Assembly (NCBI GenBank): GCA_965637545.1
Contig: OZ281494.1
Coordinates: 12,524,001 to 12,588,000, forward strand
Length of the DNA: 64,000 nucleotides
Reading direction: 5' to 3'
Source of the DNA: Phallusia mammillata
Lineage: Eukaryota
Below are positions 1 to 11,760 of the stretch, in pieces. The position numbers and the translations under genes are program-made. Each line of letters begins with the position of its first letter. Position 1 is the stretch's first letter. The notes under the pieces were generated by a model. The model had not been told where the DNA came from, searched no databases, and saw nothing but the letters and a program-made list of their open reading frames with translations.

Positions 1-1780
1 CGATAATTGTATCTCTCTGTTTATGACCTCAACTTGCTGACGTCATGGCTAACAACAATCTTTTATAATTAGTTCGAGAATAAAGGATGTATGCGTTGTC
101 TTAGAGCCAATGCCATTAAGCGTTTAACACAGTTATGACATGCAATTACAGCACGTTGTATTTGGAATTGAGGAGCTACGGCAATGGGTAAGCATCTGGA
201 AAAGTTTGATAGGCAGCTAATATTTAAACATCTTTCACTTCTATTTATCTTCCACTGGAGTTTTCCAAGCAACTTTGTTTTTGTGTTTGTTTAGTTTTGT
301 TAAAAAAACGTTTCTATGATAACTGCTTTTTAAGAAATATATATATATAGTCAACAATATTTTTGCTAACTACATTAAAACCAGCATATAAGACGCGAAA
401 ACAAAAAGTTCATAGATGCACAACATGAGGCCCACAGGACAAATTAGCCCCTAATCGGTGACACGCGTAAAGGTTCTATAAAGTTTAAAATTGTACTTTT
501 TAATGCTGATGTCCTGTTTTCTAATTTGTTCAAAAAATAGTTGTTTGGGAAACTAAAATAAATGGACCCACGACCCTGTTTGGCTTCTGCCCCAAATGTA
601 AATGATAGTTATTCTCGGTAACACAGCTTCTGCGAATATGCTTTACTAAAACAAAGCAAAATTATCATTACTACAAAAACTGCAAATAATTTTGAAACTT
701 CTTAAACTAATGAAGTTAGTAATTTGACTACATCACACATTTTGTGAGTGTACGCACGACTATAAAAACTTTTAAGACCTCGTCTCGTTTACCATACATA
801 AAACATTGATCCCTTTCTAACACACCTGCCTAACTGCAACAACTCACCCAGTGTAACAAAATAAATTCAACGTAAGTAGTTATAAGTCTCAATGTATAAG
901 TCTCTAAATTCGAAACATTTTTCTGTAAAACACGTTTGCGGTTGCGGTTACGCCCTTCGTGCCGATTGTTTATACGGTGGCATATTTGCTACGTGTTTTC
1001 GGTTATTTAACGGGGTGTGGTGGCGTTTGATGGTACTCCGACACGTACAAGAATGACAATTCATTTTTGTCACACCGATAAAATTCTTGCCGCATGAAGC
1101 ATACTGTAAGAATGTTTCACATTTGATTTATGCAAATACTATTTTAGGCAATTGGAGTTAACTAGATGTGTTCGGACGTTTTTGTTCAAACTGCTTAGAT
1201 TCCGCTATACTTGCTTCAAAATTTGTATGTTACTTTGGAATAGGTATGGTTGTTAAAGTAACATAAACTGTTCGGCAACGCGCAGTAGTTTGGGGACGTA
1301 TTCCTATATTTAAACCGTACATTGGGCCAAATGTGATTTATTGTACTTTGAAAAAATATTCTTCGCAAGAATGTGCTGCTTGCAAATAATAATTAATAAA
1401 ATAACATAGTTATACGACGCTTCGTTAAAAACATGAACTAAATAAAAACGAAAATTCAAACCTTTTTTGATTTCTTGTATAACTGTTTAAAAAACTTTGA
1501 AAGTCATCCCAAAGGTCGAACCCTGATCTAATCATTGTTTTTATTTTCGATTTGCTGCGGGGCATTCATGTACTACAGATTGTGGCGCCGAGATTCGCTT
1601 GTTGATAGGTTTCCTTTCTGTCTACCGCTTTAGGGAAAGTGCGGTTGGGTCATAACATTTTACAAGCGTAAACTCTATGCATAAAAACCGTCGAAAAACG
1701 TAATAGGAAACAAACCGTCGAAACAAAGTCAACCAATAACTTAATTGTTTTTTTAAATCAGAGGTCATTGTTTTCTAAAA

Positions 1781-2418
1781 CTGGTGTCGGCAACGTTTGA
1801 CTTTTTGGGTGGTTCACAGGACGTTCACTAAATTTGTTGATCAACTAGATATGATTGCATACTATTTATTGAAGGAGTATCAAAATGTAAGCTGGTGATA
1901 ATTGTATATGACTTCTTAAAAATCGGTTTTAAAGAATTATGTTTCAAGCCCAAATGGTTGTTTCGTATAGGTACTTCAATCTTGCTCGAAACAGAAATGG
2001 TCCACGACATCATTTTTACTGGGCCGGGGTCCATGGCTCGAAACGAGTTGAGAACCACTGCGCTAGACAACCAGCTTGGCATATACTTAACAGCAAAAGG
2101 TAGAGATTTACCGAATATGAGGTTTGCCGAATTTATTTGGCCGGATGGGCGGGTTTTACACAGATTCGGTTTCGACCAAATAATTTGTTGCGATTCGACC
2201 GAAACTGAATCGTTTACAAACACAAATTTAAAGCGTAAAACGTGTATTTTCTGCTTAATAAAACCTAACGCAATCTTTCAAACTACGCAATAACTAGTAT
2301 CGCGCCAATTATTATAATTTTTAAACATTGCCGTTTTTCCCACTTCAGACACAAAGTCAGTATTTCAACCTAAAATGTACATGGCCCGGTAACAAACTCT
2401 TCACGTTGCCGACCACTG
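1781..2418. mobile_element. Non-autonomous hAT-type MITE, probably with nested relics
   Basis: Left end CTGGTGTCGGCAACGT and right end ACGTTGCCGACCACTG form an imperfect TIR. Flanks TTCTAAAA (1773-1780) and TTCTAAAT (2419-2426) are a 7/8 match to an 8-bp TSD. A second hAT-like terminus (GTTGAGAACCACTG) lies inside at about 2047-2060. Confidence 0.7.
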
Positions 2419-3189
2419 TTCTAAATCATTTTACCTTTATAAATAGACTGTTGAGTGGTTGTCTGTCTGGTGCAAAATTGCATGTCCTTATTTAACTATT
2501 CACGAGTCGGTCCTCCTATTTTTTGTGAAACACTCCTTTCTTTACAAAAATTATTTTGCTAAAGACACACAGCAAATAACGCCTGTACAGGTCAAAACTC
2601 TAGCTAAATCTGCATCTTGCTTACAACTTAAGATTTTATACGCGTTTACATTCCTGGAATCAGCCCCGTGGCTGTTTAACTGTGCAAGATGGCATGATTT
2701 AGTTCATGTACTTTGTCCAACTTCAAAAAACATGTCAGGCGCGTTAAGATGGCAGGTGCGATATTTTCGTACAAGTTACAATCGTGTAAAATCTGTCTTT
2801 GTGCAACCGCATAAGCTTGGATGATAAGCTCGAACTCGAAAGGTGCACAGTTCAAACCTCATTACATGTCTATGAAATACAAAAGAAAATGCGGTCTTCA
2901 GTTGGTTTAATCGTTATTCACATAGGGTGCGGTGCATTATACTTTTTTACCTTTCGCTGTTTGCTTCGTTACTACGCAGTGCACAGCACTATACGCATAT
3001 TGTATTGTCAACGTTTGGTCAGATCCAAAGTTGTTAGTCTAACTTGGCTTTTCGAATCGCGTTTAAATTCGGGTTGGGGTTTGGACGAAACAACCCTGAT
3101 TTGGGCCTGACTTTACCCTAGTTGATCAAATTTGTATTTTGGGTGAAGTTCAGTCTTTATTTGAAAAAACACGGGTTCCGTTCTGGCTT

Positions 3190-3262
3190 TGGTGACAGGA
3201 TTAGAACCCACACTTTTGTAAACACAAAAGGCGGTTGAGCTAACCACACAGGCATGTGCAGG
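3190..3262 (-). repeat. Possible tRNA-derived SINE head relic
   Basis: Minus strand has an A-box-like GCCTGTGTGGTTAG and a B-box-like GGGTTCTAATCC about 30 nt apart. A similar GGTTCTAATCCTGTC occurs at about 50143-50158 (-). No intact cloverleaf. Confidence 0.3.
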
Positions 3263-3620
3263 TGCAGATTAAGCCTTACACAACTATAGCATGAGATTTT
3301 GTCGCTGACTGTGCAGTGAACGCCTTTTGCTCCGTTTTTTGCTGACACTTGCGAGAGCAGATAATTTGTTGCAGTTGTTACTCATGACCCAATTTTATTA
3401 TTTTTATTTTTGTAGGTATGGCGTTTACCATCTATCCAGCAATTGTGCCCTTTACTTTGTCATTTATAGGGTCTTACCGGGCGCAGATATTTCTGAATAT
3501 TTTGGCGCGATTGAGTTTGTTTCATCGGGATAAATAAACTCAACTCCAATACCGTGCTATAGCACTGATACATAGAGGCAATCAAACAATGGCCCTAAAA
3601 TACTGCTTAGTATTGTAGAT

Positions 3621-4240
3621 CAGTGGTCCCAAACTTTTTTAGACACGACCCAAACATTTTCGAAAATTCATTTTGTGATTTTCCGCGACCCATGGTTATG
3701 TATATTTTTATCTGGAAAAAATGAAACGTCTCGAAGAGTTACTTTTTATAAGCCAGTACCATACATAGTCAGCCAGAAAACTTGTCGCAAAACGTCACAA
3801 GAGAACACTGCGTCGATACGTTAAAACAAGCTGTTATAAAATTATTATTACCCAACTGTTTAAAGCCGTGGAAAAATAAAGGGTAATGGCACAAATACAA
3901 ATAGAGAACTTTTTTTTGAAATGTATGATGAACTGTCCGTTTAAGTGAATTATCCGTTTAAGTAGATTATGCGTTTAAGTGAATTGTGCGTTTAAGTGAA
4001 TTATGCGTTCAAGTGAACTATGCTTTTAAGTGAGTTATTCGTTCAAGTACATCAACTGTTTAGTTGAACTATGCGTTTAGGTGAATTATGCGTTGAAGTG
4101 AGTTATGCGTATAAGTGCGTTATCCGTGGAAGTAAATTATGCGTCGAGGTGAATCAACCATTTAAGTGATTTGTTCGACCTTGAAATTTGTGCCTTTAAT
4201 GTAGTTTCACCCATGAGGTTCATTTGGGTTGAAGCAATGT
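3621..4240. mobile_element. Degenerate hAT-like MITE carrying an internal minisatellite
   Basis: Starts CAGTGGTCCCAAAC followed by a GCGACCC motif typical of hAT-Charlie MITE ends. The right end is eroded (GGGTTGAAGCAATG) and no clear TSD is visible. Confidence 0.4.
3928..4170. repeat. 17-bp tandem repeat, about 14 diverged copies, consensus GTGAATTATGCGTTTAA
   Basis: Head-to-tail units visible directly, with no spacers. Confidence 0.9.
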
Positions 4241-5778
4241 GGCCTAATTTTGTGGCTCAGAAAAACACAGTTGAACCGCTCGTGACCATGAGCAGACTCC
4301 TGAACTTTGTATATCAATCCCTCGATCAGCCTTGTTTTGCTTTGTAGTTGACAGGCCAACCGCGGTACAATACATAAAAGTTTTTGCACGATGCAATAGT
4401 TGCACGTTAGCAAGAACCTAAAAGTAATTTATACTTAACATTTCCCTACGTATAATGCAACGAGCGAAAATACCAATATGCAGCACAGATTAATTGTCAA
4501 CAGAATTTTGTTTGTTCAAAATTTCGCTGTCGATGACGACTTTCATATTGTTTTGGTTAGTGGGGTCGAAACTACGTTGTGTGTAAGTTTGCAGTAAAGC
4601 GGGTTGCAGTAAAAAAAGTAAATTCGTTTTGATCAACAGCGACTTATAGTGGCGTTGCACAAAACACAGTTTTAGAATTTTGTGTAACTGTGTTACAACC
4701 GAAAATAAAACTTAACGTATTAGTAGCGCCACCTAGCGGTGCTCCGAAGTTAAAATAGTTTGCTACTTGCTCATTTAAAAAAAGCTTTCAATTTAAGCCA
4801 CAATTGCTTGTTACGGCACCGGTTACGTCAAAAACATGAGATGAATCAATTTTAGTTTGGCCTACGGCAATTCGAGCTCCCTGCTTGAGCCGGTGACGAC
4901 AATTACGTGTTACTGCGAGTCACCTTTAACCTTTAGAAACAAGTCGTTTTGTCCGCAGAGCAATATTCGTGCAGCTACGCTTCGGCCGATAACAATCTTT
5001 CTGTCGGCTTTAATTTGTTGTCACTTTCAGACAGTAAAAATTACATGATGCTTCCATCTCCCTGGACGTTTTTTCGGATTTTTAAACCTATTTAAGCAAT
5101 GTACAGTTTATTGGATCAAAACAAACGGGTCCCACCTTACGGCTTACGCAGTCAATGCACATATACGATTGGTTGTCAAAAGATGGTTTGCGTCGTCAGG
5201 GCTACTGGCTTGTATTTTTTTCTGACAAGTTTGTCGGTCTAACTACAAAAATCAAAACGAGATATTTTAATGTTTAGTACAAAACACATTTTTGGGGAAA
5301 ATGTGCACTCTTTGTTTTCAGCACGGATCCATTAGCCTGCGGCAAAAACTTTTTTTAAATCCGTCGTTTGGTGAATGTCAGGATGACTACAGCAAATGTT
5401 GCTTTTTTTCTTGTGCGTGAAATTGAAGGTTAAATGCGGCAATTTGTGTATGGCAGGTGCGGTAAAGGTTTTTATACGCGCAGCATGGTAACAGTGAGCA
5501 ATGTTTTTTAGAAAAGGTGCACCGTGGCAGAGTATATAGTTTATAGTACTATTCACTGTTTTGTTCTCAATGCGAAATTAGCTAAACCTATCAAAATTTA
5601 AACTTATTCTATCGCTTTTAGCAACAAATATTTAAGGTATAAATAAACTACTATTCAAAAATTCAAAAAAAGTATTGTCTTACAGTTATTTTCAATAATA
5701 ATTTAGCGCTACATATATTGTTCCATTTGTTTTAAATGTTTTGTAGATTGTCACTCAGTGAAAGTCGGGTGTTAATCA

Positions 5779-8371
5779 ATGATGCTGTCATCCGTGCTCG
5801 TGGTTTGTGCCGCAATCGCCATGGCAACAGGGCGCTCAACCGGACCACCACTGTCTTCGTGCGGGACCATGAAACCAACTGGTCACATTAACTCTGGATT
5901 TCAGCCTCAAGATCTCGGTTTCACTGCGTTAGCAAGCGAACTGGGAACAGACTTTTTAAGTAATTCTCTGAAAAATATTATTTTTTTTGTAAAAATACAT
6001 AGTTCTGGTTTAACCATAAGTCAAAGTTTTTTTTATGTATTCTAAAATCAACTTTAGCATTATTTACTTTTGGAGGACCATGTCTGTAGAGAATAGCAGC
6101 ATGTGCTCCATCGTTTTCGTCTATAGTTCTAAACCTGAAAAAACATTTTATCCTTTACTTAGTTACGTAGTCATTGTAGACTAATGCAAATAGCTTGTGA
6201 GCATTTTTTTATAATGACTTTCAACAACTTTTTTTGAAGTCACCGTTACCGGTACACAAAACTTGAAGGGGATTTTTATACAAGTTCGTGACAGCAGCGA
6301 TACTGCGGTGGGAACGTTCACCACAGAGGGAGTTCCGGGATTTCAGACTCTGCCTTGTTTCGGTCGCCCAAACAGTGCATTTGCACATTCTGATGGTAGC
6401 GACAAGGGATCCATTGTCGCAGCGGTGTGGACGCCCCCGGACGATTGCTCTGGTACTCTTACGGTCAGGTGAGAACAGTGAAAATCCCAAAAGTGCGATG
6501 TGATGCTTGATATTTAATTAACTTAAATTGTCATTGCCTGATCAAGTACATTGCAGCCGGATTAAAGTAAAGGTCAATCTTTGTAAATGGATCATAACCA
6601 GGGTTTTAGTTACGGCAACGCGATTTAAACCCGCTAGTAACTTAGATTGTGAGAAATGCAATTAAAAATTGCCACATATGATGAGCATATAGCTACTTTT
6701 ATTTGACATTTACAGGGCTACTGTAGTCGTGGCATTCATTACCTTTCAAGTTGAAATAACTGATACACTGGTTTGTCCCCCACCAATTACCGAAGCTCCA
6801 ATGACGTCAGAAGAACCACCACCCCCACCTCCGATGACGTCAGAAGAACCACCACCACCTCCCCCTCCGATGACGTCAGAAGAACCACCTCCACCTCCGA
6901 TGACGACAGAAGAGCCTCCACCTCCCCCGATGACGACAGAAGAACCACCACCCCCACCTCCGATGACGTCAGAAGAACCACCACCTCCCCCTCCGATGAC
7001 GTCAGAAGAACCACCACCACCTCCCCCTCCGATGACGTCAGAAGAACCACCTCCACCTCCGATGACGACAGAAGAGCCGCCACCTCCACCGATGACGACA
7101 GAAGAACCGCCTCCCCCTCCGATGACGTCAGAAGAACCGCCACCACCCCCTCCAATGACGACAGAAGAGCCCCCACCTGCCCCGATGACGACAGAAGAAC
7201 CTCCTCCCCCTCCAATGACGACAGAAGAGCCCCCACCTCCTCCAATGACGTCAGAAGAACCCCCTCCAATGACGTCAGAAGAACCCCCTCCAATGACGAC
7301 AGAAGAGCCACCTCCAATGACATTAGCACCAATGACTAAAGCGCCGATGACCACAAAAACAATGACTGAAGCCCCAGCTGCCATGGAAACTACTGAACTA
7401 GGACGTGTGGTTCCAATAACTCCTTCCAAGTTGCCATCTGTTGTTGGTTCTGGATGTCGCTACTCAGCCATGACCAAAGTTCCTCCCAACAGTAAGTTTA
7501 ATACAAAACAAAAAATAAGTTTTTGTGGTAGTTAAAACTAATAAGATTCTACCTATTTCCACTACAGAATACATTTCCAGTTTCGAGACAAGATCAACAG
7601 GAGGTTGGATGTTGGCGGGAAGGCGAAATCCTATGTACGCATTTTCTTCCTTCCGATTCTTTCATCGGAGTCGCAACATTTTTAGGCAACCGAAGTGGAC
7701 TCGAAATATGGGATCAACCCCATCTAAAGGCACCGGTCCAACTTCAGCGGCAGATGGTGCGAACCTTATAAATTTTTTAACTCTTGTTGCATGTACGACT
7801 ATGCACAGCTAAAGCTATTTAGGCTAGATTAGGGCTGAAAACATAACAATTTGTTTTACGAACAGTGTTGTTGTGGAAATTAAAGAACACATTTAATTGC
7901 AGGGAAGTATTATATGTACTTGGAAGCAAGCGAACCAATGCAGCAAGGGGACAAAGTCAGTTTGTACACAAGAAACGATCTCCGGGGCTGCTTTTGTGTG
8001 CAATTCTACCATCACCACAATGTCCAGAACTTCAAAAGACCATACGACCAACACAAGCTGACGGTTCACTCTGGGTTTAGGATGAAAAAAATGAGCAGAT
8101 CCAAACCCCACAACTCGTGGCAAAAAGTTGCAGTTCAGTTTGATGAGAAATTCTATACCAAGGTAAGACTAAATCGTTTTTCAACTGTTTGTGAAAGCAG
8201 CATAAATTCCGCTTAGTCAAGGTTGAGCGAAAATAGCACCAGGCCAGCTTTTATGGCCATCTGCTATAATGTTATGTTTAGGTACGAATCGTCGGTACGC
8301 GTGGAAAAGACTGGAGAGGTGACATGGCGATTGATAAAGTTTCTATCACCGCTGGAATGTGTCCGAAGTAA
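5779..8371 (+). CDS. Secreted protein: signal peptide + reeler domain + Pro/Thr/Glu repeat stalk + MAM domain (about 557 aa)
   Basis: Exons 5779-5959, 6240-6468, 6716-7491, 7568-7634, 7686-7756, 7903-8162, 8282-8371, all GT-AG and in phase. Hydrophobic N-terminus. Reeler motifs SCGTMKP.H, LKGIFIQVR, VGTF, AFAHSD.SDK, WTPP, RATVV. MAM motifs WTRNMGSTPSKGTGP, YYMYLEAS, CVQFYHH, GDMAIDKVSITAGMC. AATAAA signals follow at about 8430-8556. Confidence 0.88.
6801..7316 (+). repeat. Coding tandem repeat, 17 copies of MT(S/T)EE-P3-7
   Basis: Units of 24-36 nt beginning ATGACG(T/A)CAGAAGA, inside exon 3 of the reeler-MAM gene. Confidence 0.95.
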
Positions 8372-9219
8372 ACCAGAAGGCATTCGGCAAAAATGAAAAT
8401 TAAATGGGCTTTTGTTCAATCAGTTGTTTAATAAAAATGTAAATAAACGAAATTAAAATCATATTCACTTGCCAGACAAACATGACTTTTGTGCGCGGTC
8501 TGTGGACATCTTTGGTCCAACCACAAAACTTTTTGCTCTGAATAAATGTGAATAAAGAATGGAATGTTGGTTTATTACCGTGAGTTGGGACTTTTATACA
8601 TGTTAAAAATTATATGTAAATAAGTGCAAGCGCTGTGGACGGTTATATCTGATGACCACTCGCAATGCCCATTATCATCCGCACTCCATCTGTTTTGCGA
8701 ACAAGTGTACGATTTTGGTAATTTTTTATAAAATTTTGAAACTAGAGGTTCTTAAACATATACTGATTCTGACGACAGGTTGAGAACCACTGTATGCACC
8801 AGGCTGGCAGAATTTAAACATAATGCAACAACAAAGTACGACAAGAGGATTTAATTTTTATACATTAAAATACTTAAGCAATCATGTTTTCCCTCTTGCC
8901 TAATTTCCTATTTGAAATAACCAAAGTTTTCACAAAAAAGTTTGTATATTTTGCGACCAAAAAAATCAATCAGGAAAAGAAAATGTTAAGCCAGAACCCA
9001 GATCACACATACTATTACATTTTTTTTTGCTTTTGAGAAAATGAGAATACATATGCAGAGCAAGGGGCAGATAAAAAAATGCAGTGAATAAAGAACAATG
9101 AAACATATGTATGTACACAAAAGATCTGGCATGTGTAAGAAGAAAACAAAATAAAATGGCACCTCAAACTCATAGCCAGTCCAAATTCCAGCATAATTTA
9201 TACAAGGAGCAGTGGTATA

Positions 9220-10185
9220 TCAATATAAAGGTCGGCCATCTGGACCAAACTTGTGAACTTTTGCATTGGCTTTGATCCATTCATGTGCCATGACATCATC
9301 AAGCGGTAATCGGTGCCGAGGGTTTCTTTGCAACAGCTTTCGAATCAGGTCCTTGGCACCATCTGAGACATGAGGTGGAAATGTGTATTGAAGTTGGGTG
9401 ATTCGCTTGTATGTGTCTTGGTTTGACTGTGACTCGAATGGAGGCTTGCCAACCAAAAACTCATAGCACAAGATGCCAAGAGTCCATAAATCGACACCTT
9501 CATCATGATTTTTTCCTTCAACCATCTCAGGTGGCAAATAATCCAGAGTGCCACAGAGAGTTTGTCGCTTTGAAGATGGAGCATGGACTGACCAACCGAA
9601 ATCAGCAATTTTTAGTTCTCCACGGAGACCCATGAGCAAGTTCTCAGGTTTGATGTCTCGATGTATGACTTTTTTGCTATGACAGTACTTCAGTGCATCT
9701 GCTAGCTCGGCAATGTATGTTGCTGTCAGTTCTTCGTTAAACCTACCTTGCTTCATTAGTTCTTTGAACATTTCGCCTCTTGGGGCATACTCTAAAATCA
9801 AGTACACCCTTGTTTCATCATGAAAATACCCATAGAGCCTCAAAATATGGGGATGTCGTAAATGGGATTGAATTTCAATTTCTCGACGCAGTTGGTGCTC
9901 AACATTGCTTTTTACCAGCTGTGATTTGAACAGAACTTTAAGAGCCACAATGAATTTGCTTTCCCGTTCTCGAGCCAAATACACACTTCCGAATTTGCCT
10001 CGGCCCAGGGGTTTGCCAATATCAAAGTTTTTTAATGACCACTCCTTTTTCTGGGGTTTATTTTGGGCTCCAGACTTTGTGGGTTGTTTGTCTTCCTGTT
10101 GTGACTTCTTGTTCACTTCACCCATCGGCACTTTTGCAGAACTGGAATTCATCTTTGTAGAAGAGGAGACAGTTGGTGGATTCAT
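9220..10185 (-). CDS. AURKA: Aurora kinase (A/B-like), intronless CDS, 321 aa
   Basis: [73 protein letters not shown] and a C-terminal RxxL motif. Family assignment is firm; the A versus B label is not. Confidence 0.95.
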   Translation of the reverse strand: MNPPTVSSSTKMNSSSAKVPMGEVNKKSQQEDKQPTKSGAQNKPQKKEWSLKNFDIGKPLGRGKFGSVYLARERESKFIVALKVLFKSQLVKSNVEHQLRREIEIQSHLRHPHILRLYGYFHDETRVYLILEYAPRGEMFKELMKQGRFNEELTATYIAELADALKYCHSKKVIHRDIKPENLLMGLRGELKIADFGWSVHAPSSKRQTLCGTLDYLPPEMVEGKNHDEGVDLWTLGILCYEFLVGKPPFESQSNQDTYKRITQLQYTFPPHVSDGAKDLIRKLLQRNPRHRLPLDDVMAHEWIKANAKVHKFGPDGRPLY

Positions 10186-10559
10186 CTCAAAAATAGCTTT
10201 AAATGTACAGAACTTGCAGAAATAAATGTAAAATCAACATAACCTAAAACATAAATTTGTTTATGTATTTTTTGTTTGCAAAACAGTACAAAACATTGTA
10301 GGGTTTTTAAATTTGAATGACAAACCATTCATAGTGATTATGGATCATTTAGAAAACAATAAGTTTAACTATTCCATTTTGGAATATTAAAGTAATTAAA
10401 CTAATAACATTTTCATGCCGTCAGCTTAATAATAAGGATCCTAAAACTGCAATGTGTATTTGCAAACATTCTAAGATTAAAACACACTAAAATTTAAAAC
10501 TAAGACGAATAAAACGACTGTCCAAACGCTAACAACAAACAACTACAAAGAACGATGGA

Positions 10560-10600
10560 AGCGAATCTCATTTCAAAAATGCGCAGAAATGTGACGTCAT
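10560..10600 (-). promoter_or_regulatory. Candidate Aurora promoter with CHR (TTTGAA) and CRE
   Basis: Minus strand reads TGACGTCACATTTCTGCGCATTTTTGAAAT about 390 nt upstream of the ATG, in a locally CpG-containing patch. Confidence 0.35.
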
Positions 10601-10969
10601 TATTGTGGACGCATGGTGGCGCTAACGTAGCAAGTTTAAATTATTTCGGGGTGCTGTATCATCAAATATATTTATCATTGGTGCTTTATGGCAAGAGTCA
10701 GCAAATACATTTTAGTGCGACTCACAATAACGAGCCTTAGAGTCTTGGAACCCGAAGTACAAAAAAGCAACACATTTAGTCAAATTTATTTCTTCTTGTA
10801 AAAATTTTAAGCCCCGTCTACTGATCAATAGATTAAAGGCGTTCTATGTGCACACGTGTACATTTTCGAGACCACCAAGAGACCTTTTTATGAAAAAGAA
10901 CTTAATCGTTAATCCGTGTTAAGTTGCATGATTGATTGTTTTATGTGACGTAAGTTTGGCAGTTATAAT

Positions 10970-11534
10970 CAGGGAGTCGAACCGGAACTGAACCCGAACC
11001 CGCGAAGCGGTTTGAGCGGTTAATTTCATTAAACCCGAACCGAACCCGAACCGCTAATTACGATGTTCTGAAAACCCGAACCGGAGTTGAACCCTATATA
11101 TTCTTTGGCGTTGGACCTGAACCGGAACCAAACCAGTAAAAAAATGAAAAAAATATATATATTTTATGATTTTTTGTTCAAAACAGCGCACTGAAGAATA
11201 CGCGAGACTTTTTGAGCGTGTCAAAAATAACAGTGCACGGGCAAAATTTTTTTTGCGTTTGATAAAGCCAGGTAGATGATGGGTAGAATTAAATTGAAAC
11301 GAATAAAAATTTGAACCGGTTTAAAAACCGCAAACCGGTTCGGACCGGATAATTTGCCCAAACCGGAACAAAACCCGAACCCGAAAATATACATTTTTAA
11401 AAACCGGACCTGAACCCGGCTTGGTGATTGTTTTCTTTCACCAAGCGAAATAAACTCAACTCGATCCCTTAAAAACAAAACCAAGTGAACCCGAACCGAA
11501 CCTAAACCCGTATGACAAGCGGTTCGACTCCCTG
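10970..11534. mobile_element. hAT (Ac-like) MITE with subterminal AACCG/AACCCG repeats
   Basis: Perfect 15-bp TIR CAGGGAGTCGAACCG / CGGTTCGACTCCCTG. 8-bp TSD GTTATAAT / GTCATAAT (7/8). Many GAACC(C)G motifs near both ends. Confidence 0.9.
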
Positions 11535-11760
11535 GTCATAATTGTACCTCCATGCTCCATCAAATGGAGGCAAAAAAATTCAATCGGGATTTTTACACCA
11601 TGATTTTCAATCTTTATCACTCTTTTTCGGCCAACATAACGTTTATTGTTGTAAAAAGGCACAACGCGTCTTAAGTGCAAATTGCGAACAGGTAAGCACC
11701 ACAGGCACAGTAAAGCAAACAATAAGACAAAAAAGGTTTTTCAGCATATGAATTTCATTA

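Noticed and set aside
3928-4170. CRISPR-like array
   Set aside because: Contiguous 17-bp units without unique spacers, in eukaryotic DNA with no cas genes.
6746-7429. Gly/Val-rich and other alternative-frame ORFs (6746-7429, 6773-7339, 6787-7332)
   Set aside because: Shadow frames of the stop-free polyproline repeat. Only the + frame joins the reeler and MAM exons.
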